Shown: positions 1-8,934, counted from the first letter of the stretch. The stretch is DNA of 64,000 nucleotides from a virus (IMGVR_UViG_3300025383_000009), one strand, 5' to 3'. Numbers and translations are program-made. The notes: generated by a model from the letters alone, not told the origin.

Positions 1-552
1 GATCTTGAAGTTTGCACCTTCCCATAAGTCAAACACGTTGACTGGTTTTTCATCTTCAAACGTTGGTCTTGCTTTGTTCATGATCATATCAAATATCTTT
101 TTACCATACTTGAATAGCATGACTTTGCCATTGTTTTCTGGGTGTACAGGGTCTGATACAACTAAGATGTTTGAGATGAAGTTTAATCTACGTTTTTGTG
201 TACGTGCGATCTCTTTGTTTGCATCTGAACCAGAGTTCCATAGCTTGGTGTTAAGTTCACCAACTGGATCGTTCTGACCTAGTGTCGTGAGTGAGTTCTC
301 AATGTACCATTTACCTGTTGGTCCTTGGAATCCATGTGAGAAGATCTTTACCCATGGTAACTCATCACCTTCCACTCTTGGTAAGAAACGGATAACTGCA
401 GCTGCATTACCTGCTTTATCTCTTTCTAATTTCCAAAAGCGATCGTCTGTGTAAGACTTAGTATCTGAGGAGGGGTTTACTGTCTTTTCGAATGCTGATG
501 CTATAGCACCGAAGTCTTGATTGCGCGAAGCGCGGAGTGTGTTAATGTCCAT
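1..552 (-). CDS. gp32: T4-like single-stranded DNA binding protein, N-terminal part (runs off window edge)
   Basis: Manual translation from ATG at 552: MDINTLRASRN...DDRFWKLERDKAGNAAAVIRFLP...PWVKIFSHGFQGPTGKWYIENSLTTLGQNDPV, typical gp32 motifs; missed by ORF track because it is open at the edge. Confidence 0.95.
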   Translation of the reverse strand, partial: MDINTLRASRNQDFGAIASAFEKTVNPSSDTKSYTDDRFWKLERDKAGNAAAVIRFLPRVEGDELPWVKIFSHGFQGPTGKWYIENSLTTLGQNDPVGELNTKLWNSGSDANKEIARTQKRRLNFISNILVVSDPVHPENNGKVMLFKYGKKIFDMIMNKARPTFEDEKPVNVFDLWEGANFKI

Positions 553-609
553 CGTATTTTCCTTTTAACGTTGTATTAATGTGTATAGAGCATGACTTCT
601 GCTCAGCTT

Positions 610-617
610 TATTTATA
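610..617 (-). promoter_or_regulatory. T4-type late promoter TATAAATA upstream of gp32
   Basis: Exact TATAAATA on minus strand 58 nt before the gp32 ATG. Confidence 0.6.
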
Positions 618-644
618 CATCCACACATCACGAATGCAATAAAT

Positions 645-872
645 TTATATATCAAGAGTACCTTTTTTGGGGAGGTAGTTATTCTCTATCATGTTCAATT
701 CAATCTTTTGTTTGAGGTTCTTATTGATTAACTTACTGATATCTTCAGGATCAATGAAGTTCTTTTCACAGTATAGTAAGACTGCATCCATATGAGAGAT
801 TCGTTTATCTACCACTAGCTCTTCAATAAACAAAGCAAACTCATTTGTGGTCTTAAATATACGGCCTTCCAT
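645..872 (-). CDS. gp33: Late transcription coactivator gp33-like
   Basis: F..FIEELV..K.ISHMDAVLLYCEKN.IDPEDISKLI...LKQKIE pattern, 75 aa, adjacent to gp32. Confidence 0.8.
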   Translation of the reverse strand: MEGRIFKTTNEFALFIEELVVDKRISHMDAVLLYCEKNFIDPEDISKLINKNLKQKIELNMIENNYLPKKGTLDI

Positions 873-1132
873 TACAGCATACCTAGATAATAATCTGTCA
901 TCTTGATATTGTGCTTGATGTTCTCAAAAGCCTTATACTTATCGTTATATGCTTTCCAGACTGGCGATGTCTTATCTGTAGTAGCATTCATCTGATCATC
1001 GAATAATTCAAGGTACTCCTCGAAGAAAACGTTTAGTTCATTAAGATTCTTATTAAGTTCACCTTTTACCCTGATTAGTTCTGCTTTGTTACCTGTTTGG
1101 TAACTATGATTTATATGTTGAGCCACGTTCAT
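872..1132 (-). CDS. Hypothetical protein
   Basis: 86 aa ORF with SD, directly downstream of an early promoter, coupled to gp33. Confidence 0.6.
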   Translation of the reverse strand: MNVAQHINHSYQTGNKAELIRVKGELNKNLNELNVFFEEYLELFDDQMNATTDKTSPVWKAYNDKYKAFENIKHNIKMTDYYLGML

Positions 1133-1156
1133 GTCCTATTCCTGATTTAAAATAAC

Positions 1157-1185
1157 ATTATACCATGATAAAGAATTAATGTACA
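1157..1185 (-). promoter_or_regulatory. Early sigma70-like promoter TGTACA-17-TATAAT
   Basis: TGTACATTAATTCTTTATCATGGTATAAT on minus strand. Confidence 0.75.
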
Positions 1186-1187
1186 TG

Positions 1188-1865
1188 CTAATCTATTGAA
1201 CCGTCTTCAACTTTAAGTTTTATCTTTTTAGCTGGTTTTGGTTGGTCAACGATCTCATTTTGTTTTTCTGCTAACTTTTTAGATTGTTGGTCCACAGCCT
1301 CGAACCTCTTCTTAAGTCTTGGCTTGATGTCTTCTGAATTGAACCATAACTCGATGCCGTTTAGGACCTTCTGGATCTCATCAGCTGATAAGAAACCTTT
1401 ATATGCATCCTTTAACAGCTTCTCACATTGGGCGATAGTGAAGTCTGTGTGTGCTTTAACTGTAGGAGTGTTACCGGCCGATCCGAATGATGCTGTGTGG
1501 ATCATGATGTATGCTGTATCATAGACATGGACAGCATGGCAATACATGGCGATAAGAGAGGCAGCAGAGTGACATGCACCCATAAGGAATGCAGTCACTT
1601 CTGCCTGAGATGAAAGGATGCCTGATATGATTGCTCCAGCAGAATCAAGGTTACCACCATTTGAGTTTATGTATAGGTGGATCTTGTCGTTCTCTGATGC
1701 ATTTACAAGTAAAGAGATAAGCTCTCTATACTTTCCAGGTTCCTCTATCTCTTGATCTAGGAATACTTCATGTGTTCTATATACAGATTCAATCGTATTG
1801 ATATGTACATTATTAAGTAATCCACTAAATATACTAGGGACGTTTTCACCTGCAAGTTTGTTCAT
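1188..1865 (-). CDS. ClpP-like (S14) protease
   Basis: IHLYINSNGG, CHSAAS (catalytic Ser), MIHTAS (His), ELWF motifs. Confidence 0.8.
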   Translation of the reverse strand: MNKLAGENVPSIFSGLLNNVHINTIESVYRTHEVFLDQEIEEPGKYRELISLLVNASENDKIHLYINSNGGNLDSAGAIISGILSSQAEVTAFLMGACHSAASLIAMYCHAVHVYDTAYIMIHTASFGSAGNTPTVKAHTDFTIAQCEKLLKDAYKGFLSADEIQKVLNGIELWFNSEDIKPRLKKRFEAVDQQSKKLAEKQNEIVDQPKPAKKIKLKVEDGSID

Positions 1866-1867
1866 GA

Positions 1868-2395
1868 TTAACTCTTTCTATAAAATATATGATTCCCGAT
1901 TACTGTTGTTATATGTACATTTTGCCATTGAGGATGTACTTCCTTTGTATGAAAGAACATGGCACCTTTTGTAACGTCTTCCATGTTCTTATAGTTCATG
2001 TATGCATATAAAGCTACGCTTCTTGCATGCTCAAATACTTCTTTCTCATGTCGTGTATACCTATAAGATATTGCTTTGATCCTCTTATAGTCATCACACC
2101 ACCAAGAAAACTGACACGTCTCTTCTATCTTCTGTGTCATTGTACCACATATAGATGTTGGGTACTTTCCTGAGTGCACCCTGTTAAGGGTAACCATCGC
2201 GACAGCTATCTGTCCTTTTGTTGGTTCATATCCAGCTTCGTAGTATACGTTTTGTGCTAGACACTCGACTTGTTGTTTTTCAACCTTTGTTAGTCGTTTA
2301 GGTTGTTCGTACTTTGTAAATAATGTTTGTGTTTGTGCTATGTTAAAGCAACACAGATAACACAGAGCCAATATTGCGGCGAAAGTCTTTCTCAT
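1868..2395 (-). CDS. Cell wall hydrolase, SleB/Hydrolase_2 family
   Basis: CLAQNVYYEAGYE..KGQIAVAMVTLNRV, CQFSW, GAMFFH, IGNHIFY; N-terminal signal/TM. Confidence 0.85.
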   Translation of the reverse strand: MRKTFAAILALCYLCCFNIAQTQTLFTKYEQPKRLTKVEKQQVECLAQNVYYEAGYEPTKGQIAVAMVTLNRVHSGKYPTSICGTMTQKIEETCQFSWWCDDYKRIKAISYRYTRHEKEVFEHARSVALYAYMNYKNMEDVTKGAMFFHTKEVHPQWQNVHITTVIGNHIFYRKS

Positions 2396-2463
2396 GGGGA
2401 TATTCTCCTTTTGATAGTACTTAGCTTTTTATGCGCTTAGTAGTATTATACTTTAGTTATGAA

Positions 2464-3114
2464 TTAAAGTAAATTTAATTTTTTGTATTGTTGACGGATA
2501 TCAACTAATTGATTAATGAAGCCCTTACGCTTCTGTTGGAAGATTTGTGGTTTTGCATCGTCTACTCCTATGATTATCGTTAAGTCTGGAACTTTAATTC
2601 CTGTAAGTTCTTCGAACATAACTGAATAAGCAGTTGCCTGTAAAAAGTAATGATCTATATTGTTAATATCTTTGGGGTTTTTGGATGTCTTAAAGTCTAT
2701 TATACTTAATAACCCATCAAACTCTCCGATACAGTCAACGGTTCCTGCCAATTGTAGTTTATCGGAATATAACTTGCTCTCTAGAGCATGTATATTGTCT
2801 ATCTTATCCACCACTGGTTTTAAACTATTCCATAATTCAACGTCGAACATGTCGGGTTGAAGTGGCTTCCCTAACAGGAAATCCTCACATAGTGTATGGA
2901 TACGAGTACCTCGGCTAGAAGCCTTTGCTGATACTCTATTTGCCTCTTCTTCACCTACTCGCTTACGCCATTCAGCGATGAATTGTCTATTCAAGAGGCC
3001 TGTTACTTGTGTTACGCTTGGATATTTATCTCCAGATGGGGTTTGATATACTCGCCCCTCTGGAGAATCAATCCTTTGTAACACCGGAAACTCATGATAT
3101 ATAAAGTTCTTCAA
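2464..3114 (-). CDS. PD-(D/E)XK exonuclease (T4-like phage type)
   Basis: YPSVT, RGTRIH, AGTVDCIG, IIDFKTS, YFLQATAY motifs. Confidence 0.85.
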   Translation of the reverse strand: MKNFIYHEFPVLQRIDSPEGRVYQTPSGDKYPSVTQVTGLLNRQFIAEWRKRVGEEEANRVSAKASSRGTRIHTLCEDFLLGKPLQPDMFDVELWNSLKPVVDKIDNIHALESKLYSDKLQLAGTVDCIGEFDGLLSIIDFKTSKNPKDINNIDHYFLQATAYSVMFEELTGIKVPDLTIIIGVDDAKPQIFQQKRKGFINQLVDIRQQYKKLNLL

Positions 3115-3330
3115 TTATTTTTTATCTGCGAACTTTGCCTTAAGAGTCGGTTTCTTTTTATGTTCTTTTTTAACTTCAGGCTTTGCTGCTTGTTTCTTTG
3201 CCGGTTCTGCCTTCTTAACCACAGCAGGTTTTGCCTTAACTGGCTCTGCTGCACAAACATAAACAGTGTAACTAATTAAACCAAATGTAACTGCGATTGC
3301 TGTTAATTCTTTTGCATAATTTTTTAACAT
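3115..3330 (-). CDS. Small membrane/secreted protein with Lys/Ala/Pro-rich tail
   Basis: N-terminal hydrophobic segment then AEPVKAKPAVVKKAEPAKK. Confidence 0.6.
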   Translation of the reverse strand: MLKNYAKELTAIAVTFGLISYTVYVCAAEPVKAKPAVVKKAEPAKKQAAKPEVKKEHKKKPTLKAKFADKK

Positions 3331-3339
3331 GATAGTCCT

Positions 3340-3368
3340 ATTATATAATAAAAGTTAATAAAAGTACA
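3340..3368 (-). promoter_or_regulatory. Early promoter TGTACT-17-TATAAT
   Basis: Minus-strand hexamers with 17 nt spacer, 9 nt before ATG at 3330. Confidence 0.6.
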
Positions 3369-3369
3369 A

Positions 3370-4002
3370 TTAAGCTGTGAGTATAGCCAAAGCCTTATCA
3401 TAGTGGGCTTGTCTCTCTTCGAGACCAAGATATCCACCATTAATAACCTTCGTCATACCTTTGATATCACCTGCATCAGCAAACCTGTTTAGGTTGTTCT
3501 TATTCCAAAACCATAGTGCTGAGTATAATGAAGTAGGTATATCATCTGTCACGAGGTCTGGATCATCCATCACTGTTTCTGGATCTTCGAAGAAGTCAGT
3601 AGCAAACTGTTTATAGTTTGCCTTACCAGTTAATTGGATTGGTCCTCTACCTCTATACTTCCAACCTTCACCTGATGATTCAGGACCATTACCCATCCTA
3701 TTTTCATAGATACGGTTAGCGATCTTTTCAGGTTGACGATGGTAGTTTGCTGCATCGCCATGAAAGTGTGTAGGGAAGAGTTTAACCAGTGCGTCTGAAG
3801 AGTAGTTTAGGTTCTCAGTCAACTTTGTAAAATCTAATGACTCATGTGCACATTGAGCAATGAATGCTGTTACCCTTTGTGCAGTAGTTACTTCAAATTG
3901 AGGCAACTGTGTAACCATAGCGTTAAACCAATCATGCACGTTATGGTTACGTGTGATGATCTGACCTAACTTCTCTTCAGTGAAATCGAAATTAAAACTC
4001 AT
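3370..4002 (-). CDS. Glycoside hydrolase family 19 endolysin (copy 1)
   Basis: FIAQCAHES..F..L.ENLNYS, IANRIY.NRMGNG, GWKYRGRGPIQLTGK.NY, INGG..GLEERQ. Confidence 0.9.
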   Translation of the reverse strand: MSFNFDFTEEKLGQIITRNHNVHDWFNAMVTQLPQFEVTTAQRVTAFIAQCAHESLDFTKLTENLNYSSDALVKLFPTHFHGDAANYHRQPEKIANRIYENRMGNGPESSGEGWKYRGRGPIQLTGKANYKQFATDFFEDPETVMDDPDLVTDDIPTSLYSALWFWNKNNLNRFADAGDIKGMTKVINGGYLGLEERQAHYDKALAILTA

Positions 4003-4244
4003 TATTGAGCTGTAGGTGTATCAGTAGGTTGAGCTGCTGGAGCTGCAACTGGTGCTGCGTCAACTGCTGGAGCTGGAGCTGCTTTGTGTGTAAAGATGCC
4101 TTTTAAAGCATTCCATGCACCAACTACTGCACCGATAACTGTGTGTACAAGACCAACAACTTTTGCAATTACTAATTCGATTAAAGTTGCAAACTTGCTT
4201 TCTACGTATGCGCCTGCTAAAAATGCTAATGCTAATGTTAACAT
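4002..4244 (-). CDS. Membrane protein with Ala/Pro-rich tail, possible holin
   Basis: Hydrophobic segments; directly upstream of GH19 lysin. Confidence 0.55.
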   Translation of the reverse strand: MLTLALAFLAGAYVESKFATLIELVIAKVVGLVHTVIGAVVGAWNALKGIFTHKAAPAPAVDAAPVAAPAAQPTDTPTAQ

Positions 4245-4304
4245 GTGTTTCTCCTTTATTAACTTGTCGATCTTATATTGCTATGGGGTCGACAGACCCA
4301 TATT

Positions 4305-4550
4305 TTAAAAATAACTGCTTGTTTCTTTAAGACGGCTACCTGCTGTCTTTTCATCGATACGTTGTAACACTTCTTTGAATCCTTGATCTGGTCTATGTAG
4401 ACCTAATCTAACCGGATCTATAAGAGCATTCATACCTAACATTGACTCGATGTTAGGGTTTTCTTTTAAGTATTCCTCTTTTGCGGCGATACTCATCATC
4501 TTTTCAAACACCTCACCGGTATCTTTATTACGAAAATCATACAATGGCAT
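4305..4550 (-). CDS. FmdB-like small protein (Cys-less phage variant)
   Basis: MPLYDF....TGEVFEKMMS...EEYL..NP pattern common in T4-like phages. Confidence 0.6.
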   Translation of the reverse strand: MPLYDFRNKDTGEVFEKMMSIAAKEEYLKENPNIESMLGMNALIDPVRLGLHRPDQGFKEVLQRIDEKTAGSRLKETSSYF

Positions 4551-5106
4551 AGTTTTCTCCTGTAGTTTTATTTATAAACTCCGGGACTGACCTTTTCTTC
4601 CAAGAGAACATCCTTTGCTTCTCACCATTGTAGTAGTTACGATATGACTGTACTCCATCACCCGGTACTTTATATTGATCAGGCATGGCTGGAGTAGGAT
4701 CCGTAAATTCTCCGTGTGGTAGATTATTAGGAAACCATTTTAATTTATCTACCAAACCAATCTCTTGACACTTATGAACCTTACCGTATCGATATGTATA
4801 CTCGGTACATAATGCTTTAAGTAAACACCATAACCAATAATAGTTGTCTCTATTTTGTCTGCACCATACAGCTGATGGATGGTTAACATGTGTTGCACTA
4901 TACAATACTTCGTTGCGATCATCAGATAATATCCAACGTTTTACGTTACGACCAGTTGCTGTCTTACCCATAGTTTGGTCGCCGTCGAGTATACGATGCG
5001 CCGTAGACAATAGTTGACAAGATTCAAGTATCATCTTGACACAGTGTTTATCTACATGGTATTCTGCGGCTTTGGTAGGGTTACGAGATAGGTAAAATAT
5101 ATTCAT
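4537..5106 (-). CDS. Pyrimidine dimer DNA glycosylase / endonuclease V family
   Basis: MNIFYL..NP..AAEYHVDKHCVKMILESCQLLSTAH, H.NHPSAVW.R, Y..RYGKVH. Confidence 0.8.
   Translation of the reverse strand: MNIFYLSRNPTKAAEYHVDKHCVKMILESCQLLSTAHRILDGDQTMGKTATGRNVKRWILSDDRNEVLYSATHVNHPSAVWCRQNRDNYYWLWCLLKALCTEYTYRYGKVHKCQEIGLVDKLKWFPNNLPHGEFTDPTPAMPDQYKVPGDGVQSYRNYYNGEKQRMFSWKKRSVPEFINKTTGENYAIV
4569..4576 (-). promoter_or_regulatory. Late promoter TATAAATA upstream of FmdB-like/membrane/GH19 genes
   Basis: Exact consensus 19 nt before ATG at 4550. Confidence 0.65.
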
Positions 5107-5617
5107 CTTCAATTTTTGGTAAGAAGCGCGGGTGATTTATTAACCACTTCTTAATCTTCAATGCACCTTTTTGTTCAAGTTTATAAGCTTCAATTTCCCA
5201 TGGCTGACGGCGGTATATGTATCTATGCTTATCGTCCTCATAAGTTAAGTATTTAATCCTAACGTCATACTTTAGTTGACCAGATATAAATTGCCTGGCA
5301 TGAACTAACTCATGTGCTATAGTCTTGCATAAGTTAGTAGTATTCTTTGCGTTTAACTCGATAATGATATCATCATCATATTCTTGATCTGTAGTACCAA
5401 GTAACTCTTCAGACTTAAAGTTTTTAAACAGGAAAGTGTACTTTATGTCTTTAGATTTTTTAGGATATTTTTTGGATATGTCTTTGATCAGGGTCTTTTC
5501 AGCTGCAAGGCATTGCTTAACAAACGTAGTAAGCCTGCGCGCAGAAAGCTTCCGTACAGCAGGTGTACAGTAGACCGAAATCTTATCTGTTTTATGAAGT
5601 AATATTTGTCTTATCAT
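5081..5617 (-). CDS. HExxH zinc metallopeptidase-like protein
   Basis: TIAHELVHARQ and QPWEIEAY motifs; start reassigned to ATG at 5617. Confidence 0.65.
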   Translation of the reverse strand: MIRQILLHKTDKISVYCTPAVRKLSARRLTTFVKQCLAAEKTLIKDISKKYPKKSKDIKYTFLFKNFKSEELLGTTDQEYDDDIIIELNAKNTTNLCKTIAHELVHARQFISGQLKYDVRIKYLTYEDDKHRYIYRRQPWEIEAYKLEQKGALKIKKWLINHPRFLPKIEDEYILPIS

Positions 5618-5624
5618 ACTATAT

Positions 5625-5653
5625 AGTATACCACAACTCCTAATTAATGTACA
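5625..5653 (-). promoter_or_regulatory. Early promoter TGTACA-17-TATACT
   Basis: TGTACATTAATTAGGAGTTGTGGTATACT. Confidence 0.75.
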
Positions 5654-5746
5654 TGCTAACATAAGTTGTTGATTATAAAGACAATTTAAAACTCACCTGG
5701 ACTCACGAGTATCCAGACCTATAGCTTACTATCTATTTATGTAAAA

Positions 5747-6166
5747 CTATGCTCCAGGAGCTTCAGGTGCGATGAATCCTGCTGCCTCTACAGCCTTACG
5801 AGTGATCTTTTTGTATAGCTTAGGAAGCTTTTGATCCTTGATAGCTATGATAAGCTTAGCCTCAGATGGATGTACTGACTCCAACAGAGATATGAATAAC
5901 GCTTCACGCTTGATAGGTTTTAAGTCTTTCCTAAGGAACACATAGAAACGTCTAAGTTCCTGTGTAAGGATAGCTGGACTCATTCCAATGGGTGCAGCAT
6001 CTGGTCTATACGGAGGTTCATCCTCAGGAAGTAGGAACTTCTTCTCAGGTAGGAAAGCATACTCAAATATGATCTTGAGTGCTGAGTTACCTTTATATTT
6101 TGTTCCTAATAGCTTGGGATCTGCATTGATCTCATCTAATATTTCGGGTAAAAATCTAATTGCCAT
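5747..6166 (-). CDS. Conserved T4-like hypothetical downstream of RNase H (copy 1)
   Basis: LP..EPPY, E.RRFY.F, KRE.LFI.LLESVHPSEAKLII; homologous to 54700..55122. Confidence 0.75.
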   Translation of the reverse strand: MAIRFLPEILDEINADPKLLGTKYKGNSALKIIFEYAFLPEKKFLLPEDEPPYRPDAAPIGMSPAILTQELRRFYVFLRKDLKPIKREALFISLLESVHPSEAKLIIAIKDQKLPKLYKKITRKAVEAAGFIAPEAPGA

Positions 6167-6167
6167 T

Positions 6168-7061
6168 TTAAAAGTCCTCAATTGAGTCGAGTAATAATCG
6201 ACATTTGTTTTTTATAAGGTAATTCATCACAGAATTCTTGTCACCTAGTGGGACAGTCTTCTCATATATATCTATAATACTTTTAGCTAGATCCTCGGGG
6301 ATATAGTCAAAATTAACGAGAGTCTGGTTACGTTGATAGTTACGTCTCTCTTCGTCATTCTTACAAGCATCGATACCCTTCTCAAAGAATTCAGGTAAAC
6401 GCTTTGCTGAGAATGGTTTTTGTCGATCACCCGATACGAACACATCGTCGTTACTTAGGATGTTTGGTATACCATCACCTGAGTCACCCTTAACTATGTG
6501 TGTTATCGTATATTCTTGTATGTCCTTCTGAGATCCTTCTACGAACTTACGTTGCATAGGTGACCACTGACGGACGTTCTTGTTACGTTGTAGCTGTATG
6601 AAATCCTTATCAGATGATACTATTAACACCTTTTGTGGTTCAGAGAATAGTCCTTGCTCCACTAATAAGTTTTCTTGTGTATACTCTGTTAGTACTGCAA
6701 TGATATCATCTGCCTCCGCAGTGTCAATCAATAATAATTTATATGGAAAATAGTTTAATAAGTCTGTACGTAGCTCTGCAAGCGTATCAAATATGAAACC
6801 CCAATCAAGGTCGGACTTATCTCTGTTTGCCTTACGGTGTGCTTTATAATGAGGGAATATAGACTTACGCCAATAGTTACGACCATCACATGCGATGACC
6901 ACCTCCCCATAGTCTTTGTACTTCTTCTTATAAGACTGGATAGTAGATAGTGTCGTATGTCTGATTAGGTTCTTGATCTCTTCAGGAGTTTGATTCTTTA
7001 TATCCTTCTGAAAGGGTAAGATGTTACTTAATGCGATTTGACTGTAGTCTAAGATTATAAT
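6168..7061 (-). CDS. rnh: T4-type RNase H / 5'-3' exonuclease (copy 1), apparent ATT start
   Basis: Frame is open 53 codons upstream of the track ORF (IIILDYSQIALSN...); ACDGRNYWRK, EADDIIAVL, SSDKDFIQLQ, GDSGDGIPN motifs; SD AAGGAG 8 nt before ATT at 7061. Confidence 0.9.
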   Translation of the reverse strand: MIILDYSQIALSNILPFQKDIKNQTPEEIKNLIRHTTLSTIQSYKKKYKDYGEVVIACDGRNYWRKSIFPHYKAHRKANRDKSDLDWGFIFDTLAELRTDLLNYFPYKLLLIDTAEADDIIAVLTEYTQENLLVEQGLFSEPQKVLIVSSDKDFIQLQRNKNVRQWSPMQRKFVEGSQKDIQEYTITHIVKGDSGDGIPNILSNDDVFVSGDRQKPFSAKRLPEFFEKGIDACKNDEERRNYQRNQTLVNFDYIPEDLAKSIIDIYEKTVPLGDKNSVMNYLIKNKCRLLLDSIEDF

Positions 7062-7136
7062 TTTGTTTTCTCCTTAATAAGAGTCCATTCTATAGTGTTG
7101 GCTCTTTTTTCACGTATTTTTATATTTCCATAATCT

Positions 7137-7325
7137 CTAAATTTTGAAGATATACTGCCTACTGGATATCCAACGCATCTTCTTAGGTGAGTTCTTCTTC
7201 TTGTTTGATACGATCTCAGGGATATCCACATCACTCTCATATACTGAGGTGACTTGATCTGAGTTGATAGCGATTTGTTTTGTTGCATTGCCATCGAATG
7301 CATTTTCAAATAATACGATTGGCAT
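7137..7325 (-). CDS. Small hypothetical protein
   Basis: 62 aa, TAATG-coupled to upstream gene. Confidence 0.55.
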   Translation of the reverse strand: MPIVLFENAFDGNATKQIAINSDQVTSVYESDVDIPEIVSNKKKNSPKKMRWISSRQYIFKI

Positions 7326-8419
7326 TAGAACGCTCCCAATAAAATAGTTTCTTCGTTGATCCGACCATTTGGAACTGTTGGCTTGGTCGTTAAAGCCTTT
7401 GCTGCTGTATTCAAATTCTTTTTACTTATAGATAAGTCTTTGAAGAACTTCTCAGGATTCCTAAGTGTCCATGACCATGACTTAGCTACACTGTAATTAA
7501 TTATAGTTGTACCCTTAACTGATAATAAGTCTGAGTCATCAGCTATATAAGCCACAAGTTTTCTATACTTGATATTATATGCCCATAACTCCTTAGCACC
7601 AACGATGTCTGTAGGATTACATGACTTAAGATTCAATAGATCGTGCTTAAACATATACTTAAGTTTCTTAACTAATACTGCAGGAGGCTTAACCTTAACT
7701 ACCCTTGGCTTCTTAACAGTAACTTGATGTTGAGCACAGTCATCTACAATAGATTGGATCGCAGCTCTAAACTTTTTAAGTTCTGTCTTAGTAAGGAATG
7801 AATAGCCTTCTGTAAGTTGTTCATCTGTACCAGTCAATGCTTCATCTATCTCATCAACGTTAAGCTTATAGTAGTCACCGATACGTTTAGCGACCATGCC
7901 TGACACGTTGTTAGATAACAAGTGTGCTTTAGTATTGAAGTCCCACGTTTTAGAATGGATAAACTTATCAATAGCATAGTCGATGTCCTCAGAGGCAGCA
8001 CGAGCTGCATCAGTCACACGTTGATCTATAGAGATGACTGGTGCCTTAGGACGATCGTCTACTATAGGTTGATTATAAGAATAGCACTCGTATAATGAGT
8101 CAAGCTTATCTTGTATACCCTTTTGATCCTTATCAGATAGATGCTCACCTTTATTGAGTATAGTAATAAGAGATCCTAATGATAGGAACTCATAATCTGG
8201 CGCCTTTGATAAGACATCATAATATTTCTTATTAGTCTTCTTAAGATAATTATGTACGGCCTTAGCACGTTCACTGTTATCCATATTAAGGTTATAGTAT
8301 CCTAAAGCTTTCATCAAAGACGTACGATAGTCGTCTTGTGTTACCACAGGAGCGCCAGCACCTATGCCTTTAGCGATAGCCTTTTCTTGCCATTCTTTGG
8401 TTGGTTTTTTAGTTTTCAT
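7325..8419 (-). CDS. Conserved T4-like hypothetical upstream of RNase H
   Basis: 364 aa; central part homologous to 53382..53804 (DEQL.EGYS.LTKT.LKK..A.I.SI.DDC). Confidence 0.75.
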   Translation of the reverse strand: MKTKKPTKEWQEKAIAKGIGAGAPVVTQDDYRTSLMKALGYYNLNMDNSERAKAVHNYLKKTNKKYYDVLSKAPDYEFLSLGSLITILNKGEHLSDKDQKGIQDKLDSLYECYSYNQPIVDDRPKAPVISIDQRVTDAARAASEDIDYAIDKFIHSKTWDFNTKAHLLSNNVSGMVAKRIGDYYKLNVDEIDEALTGTDEQLTEGYSFLTKTELKKFRAAIQSIVDDCAQHQVTVKKPRVVKVKPPAVLVKKLKYMFKHDLLNLKSCNPTDIVGAKELWAYNIKYRKLVAYIADDSDLLSVKGTTIINYSVAKSWSWTLRNPEKFFKDLSISKKNLNTAAKALTTKPTVPNGRINEETILLGAF

Positions 8420-8425
8420 ATTGGC

Positions 8426-8454
8426 AGTATACCATAATTAATTATTAATGTACA
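8426..8454 (-). promoter_or_regulatory. Early promoter TGTACA-17-TATACT
   Basis: TGTACATTAATAATTAATTATGGTATACT, 6 nt before ATG at 8419. Confidence 0.75.
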
Positions 8455-8455
8455 A

Positions 8456-8713
8456 TTATTCAGCTTCTTGGTTTGTAACTGTTTGATAGATCGTCTCAAA
8501 CTCATCGTTCAAAGCTACCTCTTCATTAAAGTTTTGCTTATGATACGTATTAGCAAGCTTAGCAAGCGTTTTCTTAGGGATCTTAAATTCGTCATAAAGG
8601 TTCTTAAGTACTTCTTTTACAAAGTCCTTCTCAGCCTCAACGCGTGTCATAGAATCAGAGATCTCGTTAAGAGCACCTTTGATTTTCTTTTTGTCTTCGT
8701 CTAATAATTGCAT
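8456..8713 (-). CDS. DsbA-like dsDNA-binding protein
   Basis: 85 aa, LA..YHK.N..E....DEFE..Y.TV pattern like T4 DsbA; near rnh as in T4. Confidence 0.6.
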   Translation of the reverse strand: MQLLDEDKKKIKGALNEISDSMTRVEAEKDFVKEVLKNLYDEFKIPKKTLAKLANTYHKQNFNEEVALNDEFETIYQTVTNQEAE

Positions 8714-8735
8714 AATATACCTTTCAAGTTAAAAA

Positions 8736-8934
8736 TAAAAACACACTAGACGAGGCGACCTCGTGGCCACAAGTTCCTGCTTATCTCTAATGTGTTTTTA
8801 TATTTAGTAAGACTCTCGAAACTACGAAGTGCACTCGTAGCTGACCCATCGGAAGCAGTGGCCCGCTGAGCATGCATACCCATTAAAGCACAGCCAGTGT
8901 CCGCATATATTTTATTGATTGGCTGAGAGTCTTA
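8736..8934 (-). ncRNA. Candidate structured non-coding RNA (two closed domains)
   Basis: 10 bp closing stem TAAGACTCTC/GAGAGTCTTA (8808-8934) enclosing several hairpins; second 15 bp stem 8736-8800; G-U wobbles favour the minus strand; no known family recognised. Confidence 0.5.

Noticed and set aside
2464-3114. Cas4-like nuclease suggesting a CRISPR locus
   Set aside because: It is the ordinary T4-like PD-(D/E)XK exonuclease; no repeat-spacer array or other cas genes were seen
7055-7325. Programmed frameshift joining ORFs 7137..7325 and 7055..7309
   Set aside because: No clear slippery site or homology support; the second frame may be a chance overlap
8808-8845. Hammerhead ribozyme (GAAAC-stem-CTGA on the plus strand)
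   Set aside because: Lacks the GUH cleavage triplet and the CUGANGA core; wobble pairs favour the opposite strand
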